Origin: an uncultured bacterium
GTDB taxonomy: Bacteria; Actinomycetota; Acidimicrobiia; Spongiisociales; UBA5794
Assembly (NCBI GenBank): GCA_963801165.1
Contig: CAWDDT010000013.1
Coordinates: 64,001-128,000, forward strand
DNA length: 64,000 nt
Direction of reading: 5' to 3'
The notes under the pieces are model-generated. The model was not told the origin of the DNA. It searched no databases and saw nothing but the letters and a program-made list of their open reading frames with translations. Position numbers and translations under genes: made by a program. Shown one piece after another: positions 1 to 9,355 of the stretch (position 1 is the stretch's first letter; the number at the start of each line of letters is the position of its first letter).

Positions 1-2027
1 AGGCGGGTGACGGTTTCGGTGCTGTTGGCCATGAGCGCCACCGTCTCGCCTTGGCTGCGGGCTTGCTGCCAGGCGTCGGTAATGTCGGTTTCCATCTGCT
101 CGAGGGTGCCGCCGTGCAGGCGGCCATGTCGCTGGTATTGGGTGAGGGCGGCGGGGTCGCCGCTGCGGAGCTGGAGGCTGGCTCGACGTTCCCAGTGGTG
201 CTGGAAGCGGTGGATACGGTCGAGTTCGACTGCTCCAAGGCTGCTGACAAGGTGACCGAACATGCCTCCCCTACCGACGGCGGAAAACTGGCGGGGATCA
301 CCAACCAGGACGACCCGCCACTGGTGTTGGTCGGCGAGACGGGCCAGTCCAGCCAGTTTTGGTGTCGAGGCGGTGCCAGCTTCGTCGACGATCACCGTTG
401 TCCCTCTCGGCAGGTCGTAACCGGGTTGGGGCGGCCGGGTGGGGTGAGTGTGTTCGATGAGCAGCTTGTCCAACGTGTCGGCGCGCATCCCAGCTTCGGT
501 GGCGAGGACTTCGGCTGCCGCCGCGGTGGGTGCTACCCCGAAGGCCATGCGTCCCCTGGCGGTGACGTTGAGGACAGCGGTCGCGAGGGTGGTTGTCTTG
601 CCGGCGCCCGCGGGCCCGACGATCAGCTCCAAACCGTCACCGTCGGCGACAGCGGCCACCGCGGCAACTTGTCCTGGGGTGAGGTGTTCGGCGAAGCGGA
701 TCGTCCGCGGTTCCGCCCTCGCCGCCTGGTCCCTGCGATGATCGGCCCATGCGATCAGTTCCTCTTCCTCGTCGAGGATCCCCCGAGTGGTGAGGGCCCG
801 ATCCACCGCCGGTTCGGTGATTGGCCGACCGTCGCGCCGCAGCCTGGCTCCGGCAGGGACAGGGCGGGATATGTCGACACAGCGGCTGTCGGCAACCTCG
901 TCGGCAAGCCTGTCGAGAGCGCTGGTCAGTCCGGTGGCGTCAACCGCCACCGTGGTCGGTACTGCTGCGGCGAGTTCTCGAACCAGCTCCGCGGTTCGCC
1001 AGCTCGATTGGCGGTCACCCACCGCAGCGAGTGCAGCCTCGGTCAGCGCGTCTGCTGTCAGTTCGTCGACGCGGTCGAGTCTGCGGTGTGCGTTGATCGC
1101 CTCCCCTACGACGAGGCGTGGGTCGTGACCCAACGCAACAGTGCGCTGCCACCATTCCCGACGCAGATCGGCAGGCGTGACCCTGTGCCTCTTGGCGGGT
1201 CGGCTATCGACCGCGGCTTCACGTTCCAGTCGCCACCGTTCCCGTGCGGTGGGTTCCCACCCCAGACCGAACCGGAAACGGTCGAGCTTCTCTTCGAGGC
1301 GCCGGTCGAGGTCGCGGGTCCTTTGGGAGAACTCGGCCAGAACGTCGTCGTCGACGCCGGCGATCTCGGCGATCCCGTGTTCGGGTTGATGCCAGGTCAC
1401 GCCGAGACGACGGGTCAGCTCGGATCGCAGGCCGGCGTGATACAGCGCCGACAGGGTGCGCTGGTCGATCTTGATCGTCCGGGCGTCGAGGGCCAGCCAG
1501 CGACCGTCTGGGGCTGGGACCCGGTTGGCGATCACCGCATGGGTGTGTAGTTGCGGGTCGAGTCTGCGGCTGGTGTGCTGACGAAACAGAGCCGCCACGA
1601 TCCCTTCGGCGTCGACACAGACCACCTGCCCGCGATGACGCATCCGAGTGTGCGCATGGGCTTGGACCCAACTCAGCACCGCGTCGACCGCCCGGTCGTG
1701 AGCCGCAACCACCTGATCCCGAACCGGTTGGTCGCCGAGGCCGAAGAGGACCGACACGGACTTGGGTGCCGAGAAGGTGGCGTCATAGCCCCGCACCGAC
1801 CCCTCCCCGAACCGGCGACCCAGATCACCGCCGGTCACCGGATGTTGACCGGCCATCACCGCAAGGAACACGTTCGGATCGACCTCACCGGTCAGACCGA
1901 GACCGACCGCGGCTAGACCCCACCATCTGCCCGGCGGCTCGTCACCCTCGAGGTAGTACCGGGGCAGGTGATCGGTGTAGTAGCGACCCGCCTCGACACC
2001 CTTCAACGTAGTCACCCGCACCGTCAC
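1..2027 (-). CDS. MOBF (TrwC/TraI-like) relaxase-helicase, running off the left window edge
   Basis: Manual minus-strand translation from GTG 2027: GRYYTDHLPRYYLEG (YY-x6-YY), YDATFSAPKSVS, HTSRRLDPQLHTH (HUH), Walker A GPAGAGKTT near 600, Walker B VIVDEAG near 385, LVGDPRQ. Absent from the ORF track because no stop lies in the window. Confidence 0.93.
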   Translation of the reverse strand, partial: MTVRVTTLKGVEAGRYYTDHLPRYYLEGDEPPGRWWGLAAVGLGLTGEVDPNVFLAVMAGQHPVTGGDLGRRFGEGSVRGYDATFSAPKSVSVLFGLGDQPVRDQVVAAHDRAVDAVLSWVQAHAHTRMRHRGQVVCVDAEGIVAALFRQHTSRRLDPQLHTHAVIANRVPAPDGRWLALDARTIKIDQRTLSALYHAGLRSELTRRLGVTWHQPEHGIAEIAGVDDDVLAEFSQRTRDLDRRLEEKLDRFRFGLGWEPTARERWRLEREAAVDSRPAKRHRVTPADLRREWWQRTVALGHDPRLVVGEAINAHRRLDRVDELTADALTEAALAAVGDRQSSWRTAELVRELAAAVPTTVAVDATGLTSALDRLADEVADSRCVDISRPVPAGARLRRDGRPITEPAVDRALTTRGILDEEEELIAWADHRRDQAARAEPRTIRFAEHLTPGQVAAVAAVADGDGLELIVGPAGAGKTTTLATAVLNVTARGRMAFGVAPTAAAAEVLATEAGMRADTLDKLLIEHTHPTRPPQPGYDLPRGTTVIVDEAGTASTPKLAGLARLADQHQWRVVLVGDPRQFSAVGRGGMFGHLVSSLGAVELDRIHRFQHHWERRASLQLRSGDPAALTQYQRHGRLHGGTLEQMETDITDAWQQARSQGETVALMANSTETVTR

Positions 2028-2381
2028 TACAACCCCCCAACGAGCCGGTGACCGCAGGTGTGCACTCGTCTGTCGCTCTCGATGCGGTGGTCGAGGTCGA
2101 TGGGCCGTTGGCGTCGGGTCGGTTGGCTTCGACGCTGTGTGTTCCCGCGTCGGGTGGGATCACATCGAATTGGCGTGAAGGAGTTGCCGTGTGGTCTGTA
2201 GGCGTGTGTCGGGTCCATTACCGCGTATCAGACAACGGCACCCTGTCATTGGATGGTCATCAGATTGCCAACCAGCAATGCACTTGGTGCCAGATCGGCC
2301 GTAAACGCCTACGGCACAGGCGATTACAGAACCCAGACAACCCGCCCAGAATCTCGACGTTCCCGCGAGCCGCCACAGCAA

Positions 2382-2425
2382 TGACAGGGTTGCTGACAGG
2401 GTTACGGACAATCTGGTGACAGGGT
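2382..2425 (+). repeat. TGACAGGGT direct repeats upstream of xis
   Basis: Exact copies at 2382, 2394 and 2417, with a degenerate copy near 2405; period about 11-12 bp. Confidence 0.7.
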
Positions 2426-2445
2426 CCCATTCGACAATGAGAGCC

Positions 2446-2673
2446 ATGGATACCCTCGATCGGCTCCTCAGCGCCCAAGACCTCGCCGACTATCTCCACA
2501 TACCAGTCGCCACCATCTACAACTGGCGGCACCGCGGCCACGGCCCACCCGGCTTCCGAGCCGGCCGCTACCTACGATTCCGCAGCAGCGACGTCACCAA
2601 CTGGATTACCCAACACATCAACAGCAACGACAACACCGGAATCGGCCAACGTCACGTCACAGACGACCAGTAG
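2446..2673 (+). CDS. Excisionase-like helix-turn-helix protein
   Basis: LLSAQDLADYLHIPVATIYNWRHRGHGPP..RAGRYLRF is a typical Xis/AlpA HTH; directly upstream of the integrase. Confidence 0.88.
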   Translation: MDTLDRLLSAQDLADYLHIPVATIYNWRHRGHGPPGFRAGRYLRFRSSDVTNWITQHINSNDNTGIGQRHVTDDQ

Positions 2674-2721
2674 CGTTGACACGAGAGAACCCTGGTAGTC
2701 GAGAGATGGGAGGAGGTTCTC

Positions 2722-3795
2722 ATGGCAGGGTGGATCATCAAAACCGACCACGGCCGGTGGAAGGCCCGGCTTTCCATCACCGGCCAAGGTACCCGCAACA
2801 AGACCTTCGATCGCAAGATCGACGCCGAGAAATGGTTGCGCAACGAGCAAGCTCGCCGCGACCGCTCCGAATGGACCGACCCGCGTCTCGCCCGGACCAC
2901 CTTCGTCGAGTGGGCCATTCCTTGGCTCGACACTCGCCGCCACCTCAAACCAAAGACCCTCGCCGGCTACGAATCGCTCCTCAGAGTTCACCTGCTCCCC
3001 CGCTTCGGACAGCAACCCCTCGCTGCCATCGACCCCCTCGGCATCGAAACCTGGGTCATCGAACTCACCGACAAGGGACTCTCCCCCAGCCGCACCCGGC
3101 AGGCGCATCAGCTTCTGTCGATGATCCTCAAGGCGGCCGTACGAGCCCGGCGACTGGCAACGAACCCGGCGGAGGGGACACCGTTGCCACGGTCCATCCG
3201 GCGGGCGCCTCGGTTCATCACCGCCGACCAGGTCGACGAGCTCGCAGCTCTCGTGCCAGATCGCTATCGGGCGCTGATCTACGTGCTGGCGTACGGCGGG
3301 CTTCGCTGGGCCGAAGCGGTCGGCCTCAAGCTAGAGCACGTTAGCCTCCTGCGCCGTCGTATCGTCGTCGCCGAGACGCTATCCGAGGTCAACGGCCGGC
3401 TGTATCCGGTGGCACCGAAGACCTGGGAGTCGCGGACGATCGCGATCCCTCCGTTTGTCGCCGACATCCTCGGCGAGCACATCGGAGGGTTCACGGCCGA
3501 CAGCGAGAGCGGTCTGGTCTTCACGACCGACGCGGGCACGCCGCTCCGCTCATCCAACTTCCGCCGCTGGGTGTGGAACCCGGCGATGGCGCAGTTGGAT
3601 GAGAAGGGCCTCCGGGTGCACGACCTCCGGCATACGTGCGCCTCGCTACTGATCGCCGCCGGCGCACATCCGGGACTCGTACGCGAACACCTCGGCCACT
3701 CGAGCATCCGCGTCACGATGGACGTCTACGGACACCTCTATGAGGACGTAAGGGATGAGATCGCCGAACGGTTGGAGCAGCAACACGCCCGGTGA
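2722..3795 (+). CDS. Tyrosine recombinase / integrase
   Basis: GLRWAEAVGL, HDLRHTCAS, LGHSSIRVTMDVYGH catalytic motifs; N-terminal arm-binding region present. Confidence 0.95.
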   Translation: MAGWIIKTDHGRWKARLSITGQGTRNKTFDRKIDAEKWLRNEQARRDRSEWTDPRLARTTFVEWAIPWLDTRRHLKPKTLAGYESLLRVHLLPRFGQQPLAAIDPLGIETWVIELTDKGLSPSRTRQAHQLLSMILKAAVRARRLATNPAEGTPLPRSIRRAPRFITADQVDELAALVPDRYRALIYVLAYGGLRWAEAVGLKLEHVSLLRRRIVVAETLSEVNGRLYPVAPKTWESRTIAIPPFVADILGEHIGGFTADSESGLVFTTDAGTPLRSSNFRRWVWNPAMAQLDEKGLRVHDLRHTCASLLIAAGAHPGLVREHLGHSSIRVTMDVYGHLYEDVRDEIAERLEQQHAR

Positions 3796-3851
3796 AATCG
3801 ACCATGTGGATCTCTATTCCGAAGGGCACCGCCTCAAGCGGATCGGCTACC

Positions 3852-3924
3852 CAGCGTTGTTTCCAGATAACGGGATTAGCGGGATAATGCCGGATCTCGG
3901 GCGGCTGCGGGTGCGCGATAACGC
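3852..3924 (+). repeat. Conserved non-coding element, copy 1 (inverted copy at 53225-53296)
   Basis: Identical 15-mer AGATAACGGGATTAG (3865-3879) plus shared CAGCGT, ATGCCGGAT and GTGCGCGATA blocks in the same order in both copies. Confidence 0.8.
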
Positions 3925-4697
3925 GCGGCGTGGGTGTTGTTATGGGTGGTTGGTAGGCCCTGCGTGCCTACAGTGCCGGCGCTCTGGATGAGGATGTTCA
4001 GGTTCTCGATCAATGCGCTCAAACTTAATGCTACGAGGTCCGGTCAGCGGTGGTGCACAAGGCCGTCCGGTTGCTTCGCGCATCCGAAGTGGTAGGCCAC
4101 TACGCCGACGGTTGGCTGGAGTGGTTAGATTCCGGTGATGCAATGTCCCTTCGAGTGCTGCTTGCTGCAAGCGACACGGGCCTCGATCGTGACTCGAGAG
4201 CTCGGGCTGAACAGGTCGGCCCGTTTCTGTAGAAGGGACTTCTCGCAAGGTCGGTACAGTGTCGCCGGACATCAGGGCTGCAGTCGGTGACGTTTTGATT
4301 CTTCGCCTCAGGCTCTGACGATCCGGTGGACATGCGTTGAAGCGCAGGATGTGTGCGACAACACGGGTCGGCCACAGAGACCACACTCGAGGATTGTTGG
4401 ACATCATGCAGCCATTCCAACCGCGCAGTTTTTGATCGGCGATATGGAGTGAGTAGTGACATGTCGTCGACACATGAGCTATGTCCTAGTCCGGACGTTG
4501 TATGTCCTTGATTACCAAATCCTACTGAGGCATCGTGAAGTACAAGCGGTGGCCCGAGTGGAGATTCGCCAGCCGAGGTTGGCGTTCCAGCGGCGCTAGA
4601 TGATCACGATGGTCGTAGCCGAAAGGGCTGGCGTGAACGGGTGATCTTTGACCGTGGCGTACGCAGACGCACGCTCGATTCGAAGGAGGGACAGTGT

Positions 4698-5999
4698 ATG
4701 GAAAGGTACGCAAGGTCTCAGCGGCACCGGGGATCGTCGCTGGGGTTCCACGTTGGTGCTGGAATCCTCGTGGTGGCGCTCAGCGGTTGCGGTCTCCCAG
4801 CCGATGGTGTCGATGCTGGTGCTTCTGCCCCGACGGCGACAGCGATCACGACGACGTCGATCGTGATGACGACAGCACAGACCCCATCGTCAGAATCCAC
4901 GCTGGTGGCAGGTGGATCTGCGGAGACCGTTCTACCAGTCTTCTTGGAATCCTTGGGGTCACAACCTGCAGGTTTCGTTGTCACCGACCGAACCACAAGT
5001 TTGAAGGGTGAGGCTGTCACTCTCTCCGCTCCGCCTCGAGATCCCTTGGCTGGGAGCTTCGTGCCGTGGGCTGTACCGACATCAGACGGCGACGCGGTGT
5101 ATTACACCACCTGGACACAAGAGACCGATCTAGATGAGCTCGACGTTGGAGACCCTGGTGGCGTCCCAGTACTACGGAAGGTCGATTCTTCGGGCGAGGA
5201 CTCCGTCGTCAGATCGGGAGCCCACGCGCCGGCCCTAGCGACGGATGGCAGGCTGGCCTATGTGCAGGATCTGGATGGGGTCTATCTGTACAGCGTCCCT
5301 AATCCAAACCAGATCAGAGTTGTCTCGGCCGATGGCGCCAGCGACGAGGTTTGGTCAGAGGACAAAGAGGCAAGGTATGTCACAGTAGGTTGGGCAGGAG
5401 AAACCCTCCTCGCCTATGAGATCGGCGAAGGTGAATACGCAAAGACCTACGCCTTCGATGGGCCCGGTAGGACCAGACTTCTTTCGGATGGAGGAGTAGT
5501 CGGCGCAATCAGCCCCGACGGCGAGTGGGTGCTGCTTGTGGAGACGGGAGACCCTGGCGAGGGAAGTCAGTTCCGAGTCGTCCGAATTGCTGACGGTGAG
5601 ACAGTTGGGCCGGTCTATCTGTCAACCGAGGTTGGGCCCCTGAACGGCACCTATCAGGGAGACTGGAGCGGGGACACAATCATCATCGGGCCAGGGGCCG
5701 GGAACGGTGTGGATACACCCTATGTCTTTGGGTATGCGGTCCTCCACTTCGACGGCAAGCAATTGACGCTCGACCACTTCGTATCCCTGAGCGTTGTCGA
5801 GGACCTTGTCAGTCTCGAATACCCCAGATTCACTCCTTCCGGAGACGTCTGGATGCGCCTAACGAGAGCGGGTGGTTCTGGACTCGAGTATCAAGATGTG
5901 ATTTGCAGCGAGGACGCCGTGAGCTGTCAACCCGTGAGCGAATTGGCTCCCATCGGCGAGACTACAGCGATCATGGACAACAAGAGTGGGGGTAGCTAA
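4698..5999 (+). CDS. Predicted lipoprotein, possible beta-propeller
   Basis: AGGAGG RBS before ATG 4698; hydrophobic stretch and lipobox VALSG-C; Thr/Ser linker; TolB-like repeats (ALATDGRLAY, AISPDGEWVLL, FTPSGDVW). Confidence 0.75.
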   Translation: MERYARSQRHRGSSLGFHVGAGILVVALSGCGLPADGVDAGASAPTATAITTTSIVMTTAQTPSSESTLVAGGSAETVLPVFLESLGSQPAGFVVTDRTTSLKGEAVTLSAPPRDPLAGSFVPWAVPTSDGDAVYYTTWTQETDLDELDVGDPGGVPVLRKVDSSGEDSVVRSGAHAPALATDGRLAYVQDLDGVYLYSVPNPNQIRVVSADGASDEVWSEDKEARYVTVGWAGETLLAYEIGEGEYAKTYAFDGPGRTRLLSDGGVVGAISPDGEWVLLVETGDPGEGSQFRVVRIADGETVGPVYLSTEVGPLNGTYQGDWSGDTIIIGPGAGNGVDTPYVFGYAVLHFDGKQLTLDHFVSLSVVEDLVSLEYPRFTPSGDVWMRLTRAGGSGLEYQDVICSEDAVSCQPVSELAPIGETTAIMDNKSGGS

Positions 6000-6001
6000 C
6001 C

Positions 6002-6616
6002 ATGTCAACGTTATCTCGTCGACACCTGGCGTTGGTTGCCGCAGTAATTGCAGCGCTCGTCCTCGCGGTGGCACCGCCGCCGGTTGAGGCCACCCCGGGT
6101 CTGGCCTATGGAAACTACGCCTGGTACAACCCAGGGACGACAGCCACGAATGGCCTGCTGAAGACTTACGTGGGCTATGCCTCGTATTCGTCAGTTACGG
6201 CGGGGTCGGGTAATGGGCCGAACTGGAACAACCCCTGCATCTCCAACGTGGGCCGACTCCCGAACGGCTGGTACAGCACCCACAACGACAAACACGTCAA
6301 CAACAAGAACGACACGATCAAGGGCCGAGTGTGGGGAATATCAGATAAGAACTGCGGGAACGGCACCATCAGAAGCGAGCTGTTCATTCATACGGAAGAG
6401 ACATCGACAAACGGCCAAACGTGCACCGCGGCTCCGGACGACCCTTATTGCTGGGAGGGGACCTTCGACTACGAGTCACAGGGTTGCGTCAAAGTCTCGC
6501 ATCCATCTGGCATCAGCACAGTGCACTCTTGGTGGCATAACGCAGTTGTGGCCGGAGGCCACGGCATTTCGTATACCAACATACTGTGGGTAGGCGACGG
6601 GAGCCCGCCGATCTAG
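6002..6616 (+). CDS. Secreted L,D-transpeptidase-fold (YkuD/Tlde1-like) protein
   Basis: Signal peptide with SRRHL twin-arginine motif and VEA cleavage site; GRLPNGWY, RSELFIH and SQGCVKV match the H...SxGC catalytic signature; starts 2 nt after the lipoprotein stop. Confidence 0.7.
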   Translation: MSTLSRRHLALVAAVIAALVLAVAPPPVEATPGLAYGNYAWYNPGTTATNGLLKTYVGYASYSSVTAGSGNGPNWNNPCISNVGRLPNGWYSTHNDKHVNNKNDTIKGRVWGISDKNCGNGTIRSELFIHTEETSTNGQTCTAAPDDPYCWEGTFDYESQGCVKVSHPSGISTVHSWWHNAVVAGGHGISYTNILWVGDGSPPI

Positions 6617-6986
6617 CTACAAGGTTGATGCGGGGATGTGAATTGCCTCGAGGAGCCAAGCGTGACGGCGCTGATCATCGCTGGCCTTGCCGACGGCTCA
6701 CCCGGTTCGTACTAGCTTGACGATCGAAGCCTGAGACGGATCTCCACGTAGACGTCACGTAAGGCACGTCGCGCCGTTGTGAGCCCGCCGAGCAGGTCCA
6801 GGGAAATCCAATGAGCGCGGTCAGCCTCTTGTCCAATCGCTGTAGGCCGCACGATGTGGCGCGGTGTCCTCCTCCGTTGGTGTCTACTTCGGCAAGATGG
6901 GAGGCCAAGTGGTCGCAACTCTTATCAGCAAAGCCACACCTAGTGACTGGTCCCGCTTTTCTATGAGCATTGCGGAGCCCTGCAGT

Positions 6987-7682
6987 TCAGTCCTTTGCGG
7001 GCGTGGGATTCGGCTCCCAACCCCGTTCGAGCACTCCTGCCTTTGCGGCGCCTACAAGTGCCTCGCGCATAGAGGTGGCGCCCAATCTCCCGTATAGGAT
7101 TTTCAGAATGCGCCGGAAGTGGCGCGGTGAGTAGCCGGCGTTCCTGGCAATGGTTTCTGCGCTCGTGCCGCCTGCCAGCGCCACAAGCCAAGCGATTTCG
7201 GTTGTCGTCAACTCGGCAACTGGATGTGTTGCCGTCTTGACGGCCATGTGTACGGCAATCTCGGTGGGGAGCACCGAGTGCCCGTGAAGGGCTCCCTCGA
7301 TGGCCATGGCGACGTCGGCGCTGAGGGCATCGGGTCCTAACACTGCAGCTGCGCCCGCACCGAGAGCACCCGCGCAGACTTGGTGATCGATGACAGAGGA
7401 GATGCAGATCACGACCGCGCCTGGACGGCGTTCTCGGATCTCCTGAACTTGATCGACGGCCGAGGAGGACTGGCCGGGGACACGAAGCACGACAACAGGT
7501 GGAACGACTCGTAGCTCGTCGAGCCACAATGCGATGTCGCTGGGAAGATGCACGCTGTAATCGCGGTTCCGGAGCGCCGTTGCCAGCGATTCTCGCGCTG
7601 AGCGAATGCCATCGACGATCGCCACATCTGGCGATCCCCCTGCGCTTGGCTCGTTCGTCGTGTTATGTGATGGTGTCCCCAT
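6987..7682 (-). CDS. NarL/LuxR-type regulator with degenerate receiver domain
   Basis: C-terminal LTTTEIAWLVALAGG..AETIARNAGYSPRHFRRILKILYGRLG HTH; start codon uncertain. Confidence 0.75.
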   Translation of the reverse strand: MGTPSHNTTNEPSAGGSPDVAIVDGIRSARESLATALRNRDYSVHLPSDIALWLDELRVVPPVVVLRVPGQSSSAVDQVQEIRERRPGAVVICISSVIDHQVCAGALGAGAAAVLGPDALSADVAMAIEGALHGHSVLPTEIAVHMAVKTATHPVAELTTTEIAWLVALAGGTSAETIARNAGYSPRHFRRILKILYGRLGATSMREALVGAAKAGVLERGWEPNPTPAKD

Positions 7683-8121
7683 AGCTGACCGTCCCCGAAT
7701 CAACGCTTATCAACTGGCCTACACGGGTCCCATACCAAGACCGAGAGGACTGACCCCTCGGGAGCAGGATAGCTCCTCCGCGCATCAAGCACGTGTGGCA
7801 TGACGGCAAATCCCGAGTGATAGCATCGCTGGTGGATGACGCGGTCGAAACAGCAATAGCCAATCCGCCCAGATCGTCGAATATGTTGCGAGAACACGCA
7901 CTTCGCACCGTGCGCTAGAACGAAGCCTCTTTGTGTCAAGGGGGAGGTTCTGTGCCTTGTGTGGCGCGTTGGGGTGTGCCCTGTGGCGGGACGGTCTGAT
8001 CGGTCGTATGGTTGTTGTTGGGTCCGGGAAGTGACTTGTCCGAAGAGCCGGCCTTTCAGGATGTTGAGCCGGTCACGCTGGATTTAGAGTCGTTCCTGAT
8101 TGTCCTCCCGGACCCGTTTGG

Positions 8122-9150
8122 TTAGGCGGATGCTGTCTTTTTGGTGTCGGCGATGAGACGCCGATAGATAGCGTCTGAGATTCGGCGTTTCAACGCTCGG
8201 ATGGCTTCTTTGCTGGTTTTGCCTTCTGCGATCTTCTTGTCGTAGTAGGTGCGGCCTTCGCTGGGGTAGCGGAGTTGGCAGATGGCTGCGATGTGGATGG
8301 CGTGGTTGAGTTTGCGGTTCCCTCTTGGGTTGAGTCGATGCCGTGGCCGGTCGCCTGAGGACGCTTCGATTGGTGCAGTGGCGTTGTAGGTAGCGAAGTG
8401 TCCTTTGGTTGGGAAACGGGTGATTTCACCGGTGAACCCGATAATGATCGCGGCGCAGATGGGACCGATTCCGACGATGTCTGTCAGGGTCGTTCCGGAT
8501 GCGGCGACTGCCACCTTGATTCGTTTCTTTGAGGCTTTCAGCGCCGTGTCGAGTCTGGCGATGTCATCGACCAGTTCACCGGCGATGAGGACCCGATGCC
8601 GGGTCACCTCACCATCGACAACGATCCGGCTGAGTAGCCGATTCGCTTTGCTGACAGTGATTTCTGAGCCGATTCCGCCCGGTTCAAGCTCCAGCAACAA
8701 GGCGTGCAGCCGGGTGCAGTGCTTGTTCTTGAGTCGGGCCATGTCACGGTGTCGTTTCGCCAATATTCGCAACACGCGGACGTGGTCATCGGGACGGACC
8801 TGGGCAAGCCGATCAGAACGTAGCGCAGCTATCGCCACCGAGCGGGCATCATTCGGGTCGTTCTTCTGAGACCTTCCTGATCCCAATACTCGAACTCTGG
8901 ACGCCAGCACTGGCGGCACATCAAACACGGTTTCGCCGGCCGCAACCAACTGCTGAGCCACCAGGTAGCCGAGCCCGTTGGCGGACTCGACAGCCCACTC
9001 CCGCTTCTCGAAACCGGCCGCCCATTCCCGCAATCTTTGCGCCTGGAGGGTTGACGCCTTGAGCTTGAACTCGTCGAGTACCACTTCGTTGTCGTCGACC
9101 GCCACTGCAGTGTGGGTTGCCTTATGCGGATCGATACCGATCATGGTCAT
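8122..9150 (-). CDS. IS110 DEDD transposase (bridge recombinase)
   Basis: GIDPHK, AVES, KNDPNDA (DEDD RuvC-like), GIGPICAA, ASSG serine motif, GNRKLN. Confidence 0.96.
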   Translation of the reverse strand: MTMIGIDPHKATHTAVAVDDNEVVLDEFKLKASTLQAQRLREWAAGFEKREWAVESANGLGYLVAQQLVAAGETVFDVPPVLASRVRVLGSGRSQKNDPNDARSVAIAALRSDRLAQVRPDDHVRVLRILAKRHRDMARLKNKHCTRLHALLLELEPGGIGSEITVSKANRLLSRIVVDGEVTRHRVLIAGELVDDIARLDTALKASKKRIKVAVAASGTTLTDIVGIGPICAAIIIGFTGEITRFPTKGHFATYNATAPIEASSGDRPRHRLNPRGNRKLNHAIHIAAICQLRYPSEGRTYYDKKIAEGKTSKEAIRALKRRISDAIYRRLIADTKKTASA

Positions 9151-9179
9151 GACAATGCCTTCCTAGTCGATGGTGAACC

Positions 9180-9355
9180 GAGGTGGGCACTCCTGATTTG
9201 GGTCGATGTGTTCTCGCCTCTTTCGAGCCACACCCCAGTCGGGCAAACCGGCCGGCAAGCAGCTCGTTAGAAAGCCAACCCAGACGGGCGGCAGGCACGT
9301 CAAGAGCCCACCAGCCGAGTCACCCAAACGCTACGGAACCACCGCAACGCATGCC
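9180..9355 (-). ncRNA. Putative bridge RNA of the IS110 element
   Basis: Left non-coding end contains, 5' to 3', GACGTGCCT, AACGAG, AAAGAGGC and AATCAG, matching left target, right target, left donor and right donor. RNA ends are approximate. Confidence 0.8.

Noticed and set aside
51-1916. Plus-strand ORFs of 499 aa and 121 aa
   Set aside because: Antisense shadows of the relaxase; the motifs are on the minus strand.
2027-2218. 63-aa ORF whose stop overlaps the relaxase start
   Set aside because: No recognisable domain or RBS; may simply be oriT DNA.
3852-3945. Integron attC or chromosomal dif site
   Set aside because: No RYYYAAC/GTTRRRY pair with a foldable stem in both copies; spacer and right arm do not fit dif.
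3940-4640. Several short ORFs in both directions
   Set aside because: No motifs; probably decayed sequence, cannot be supported.
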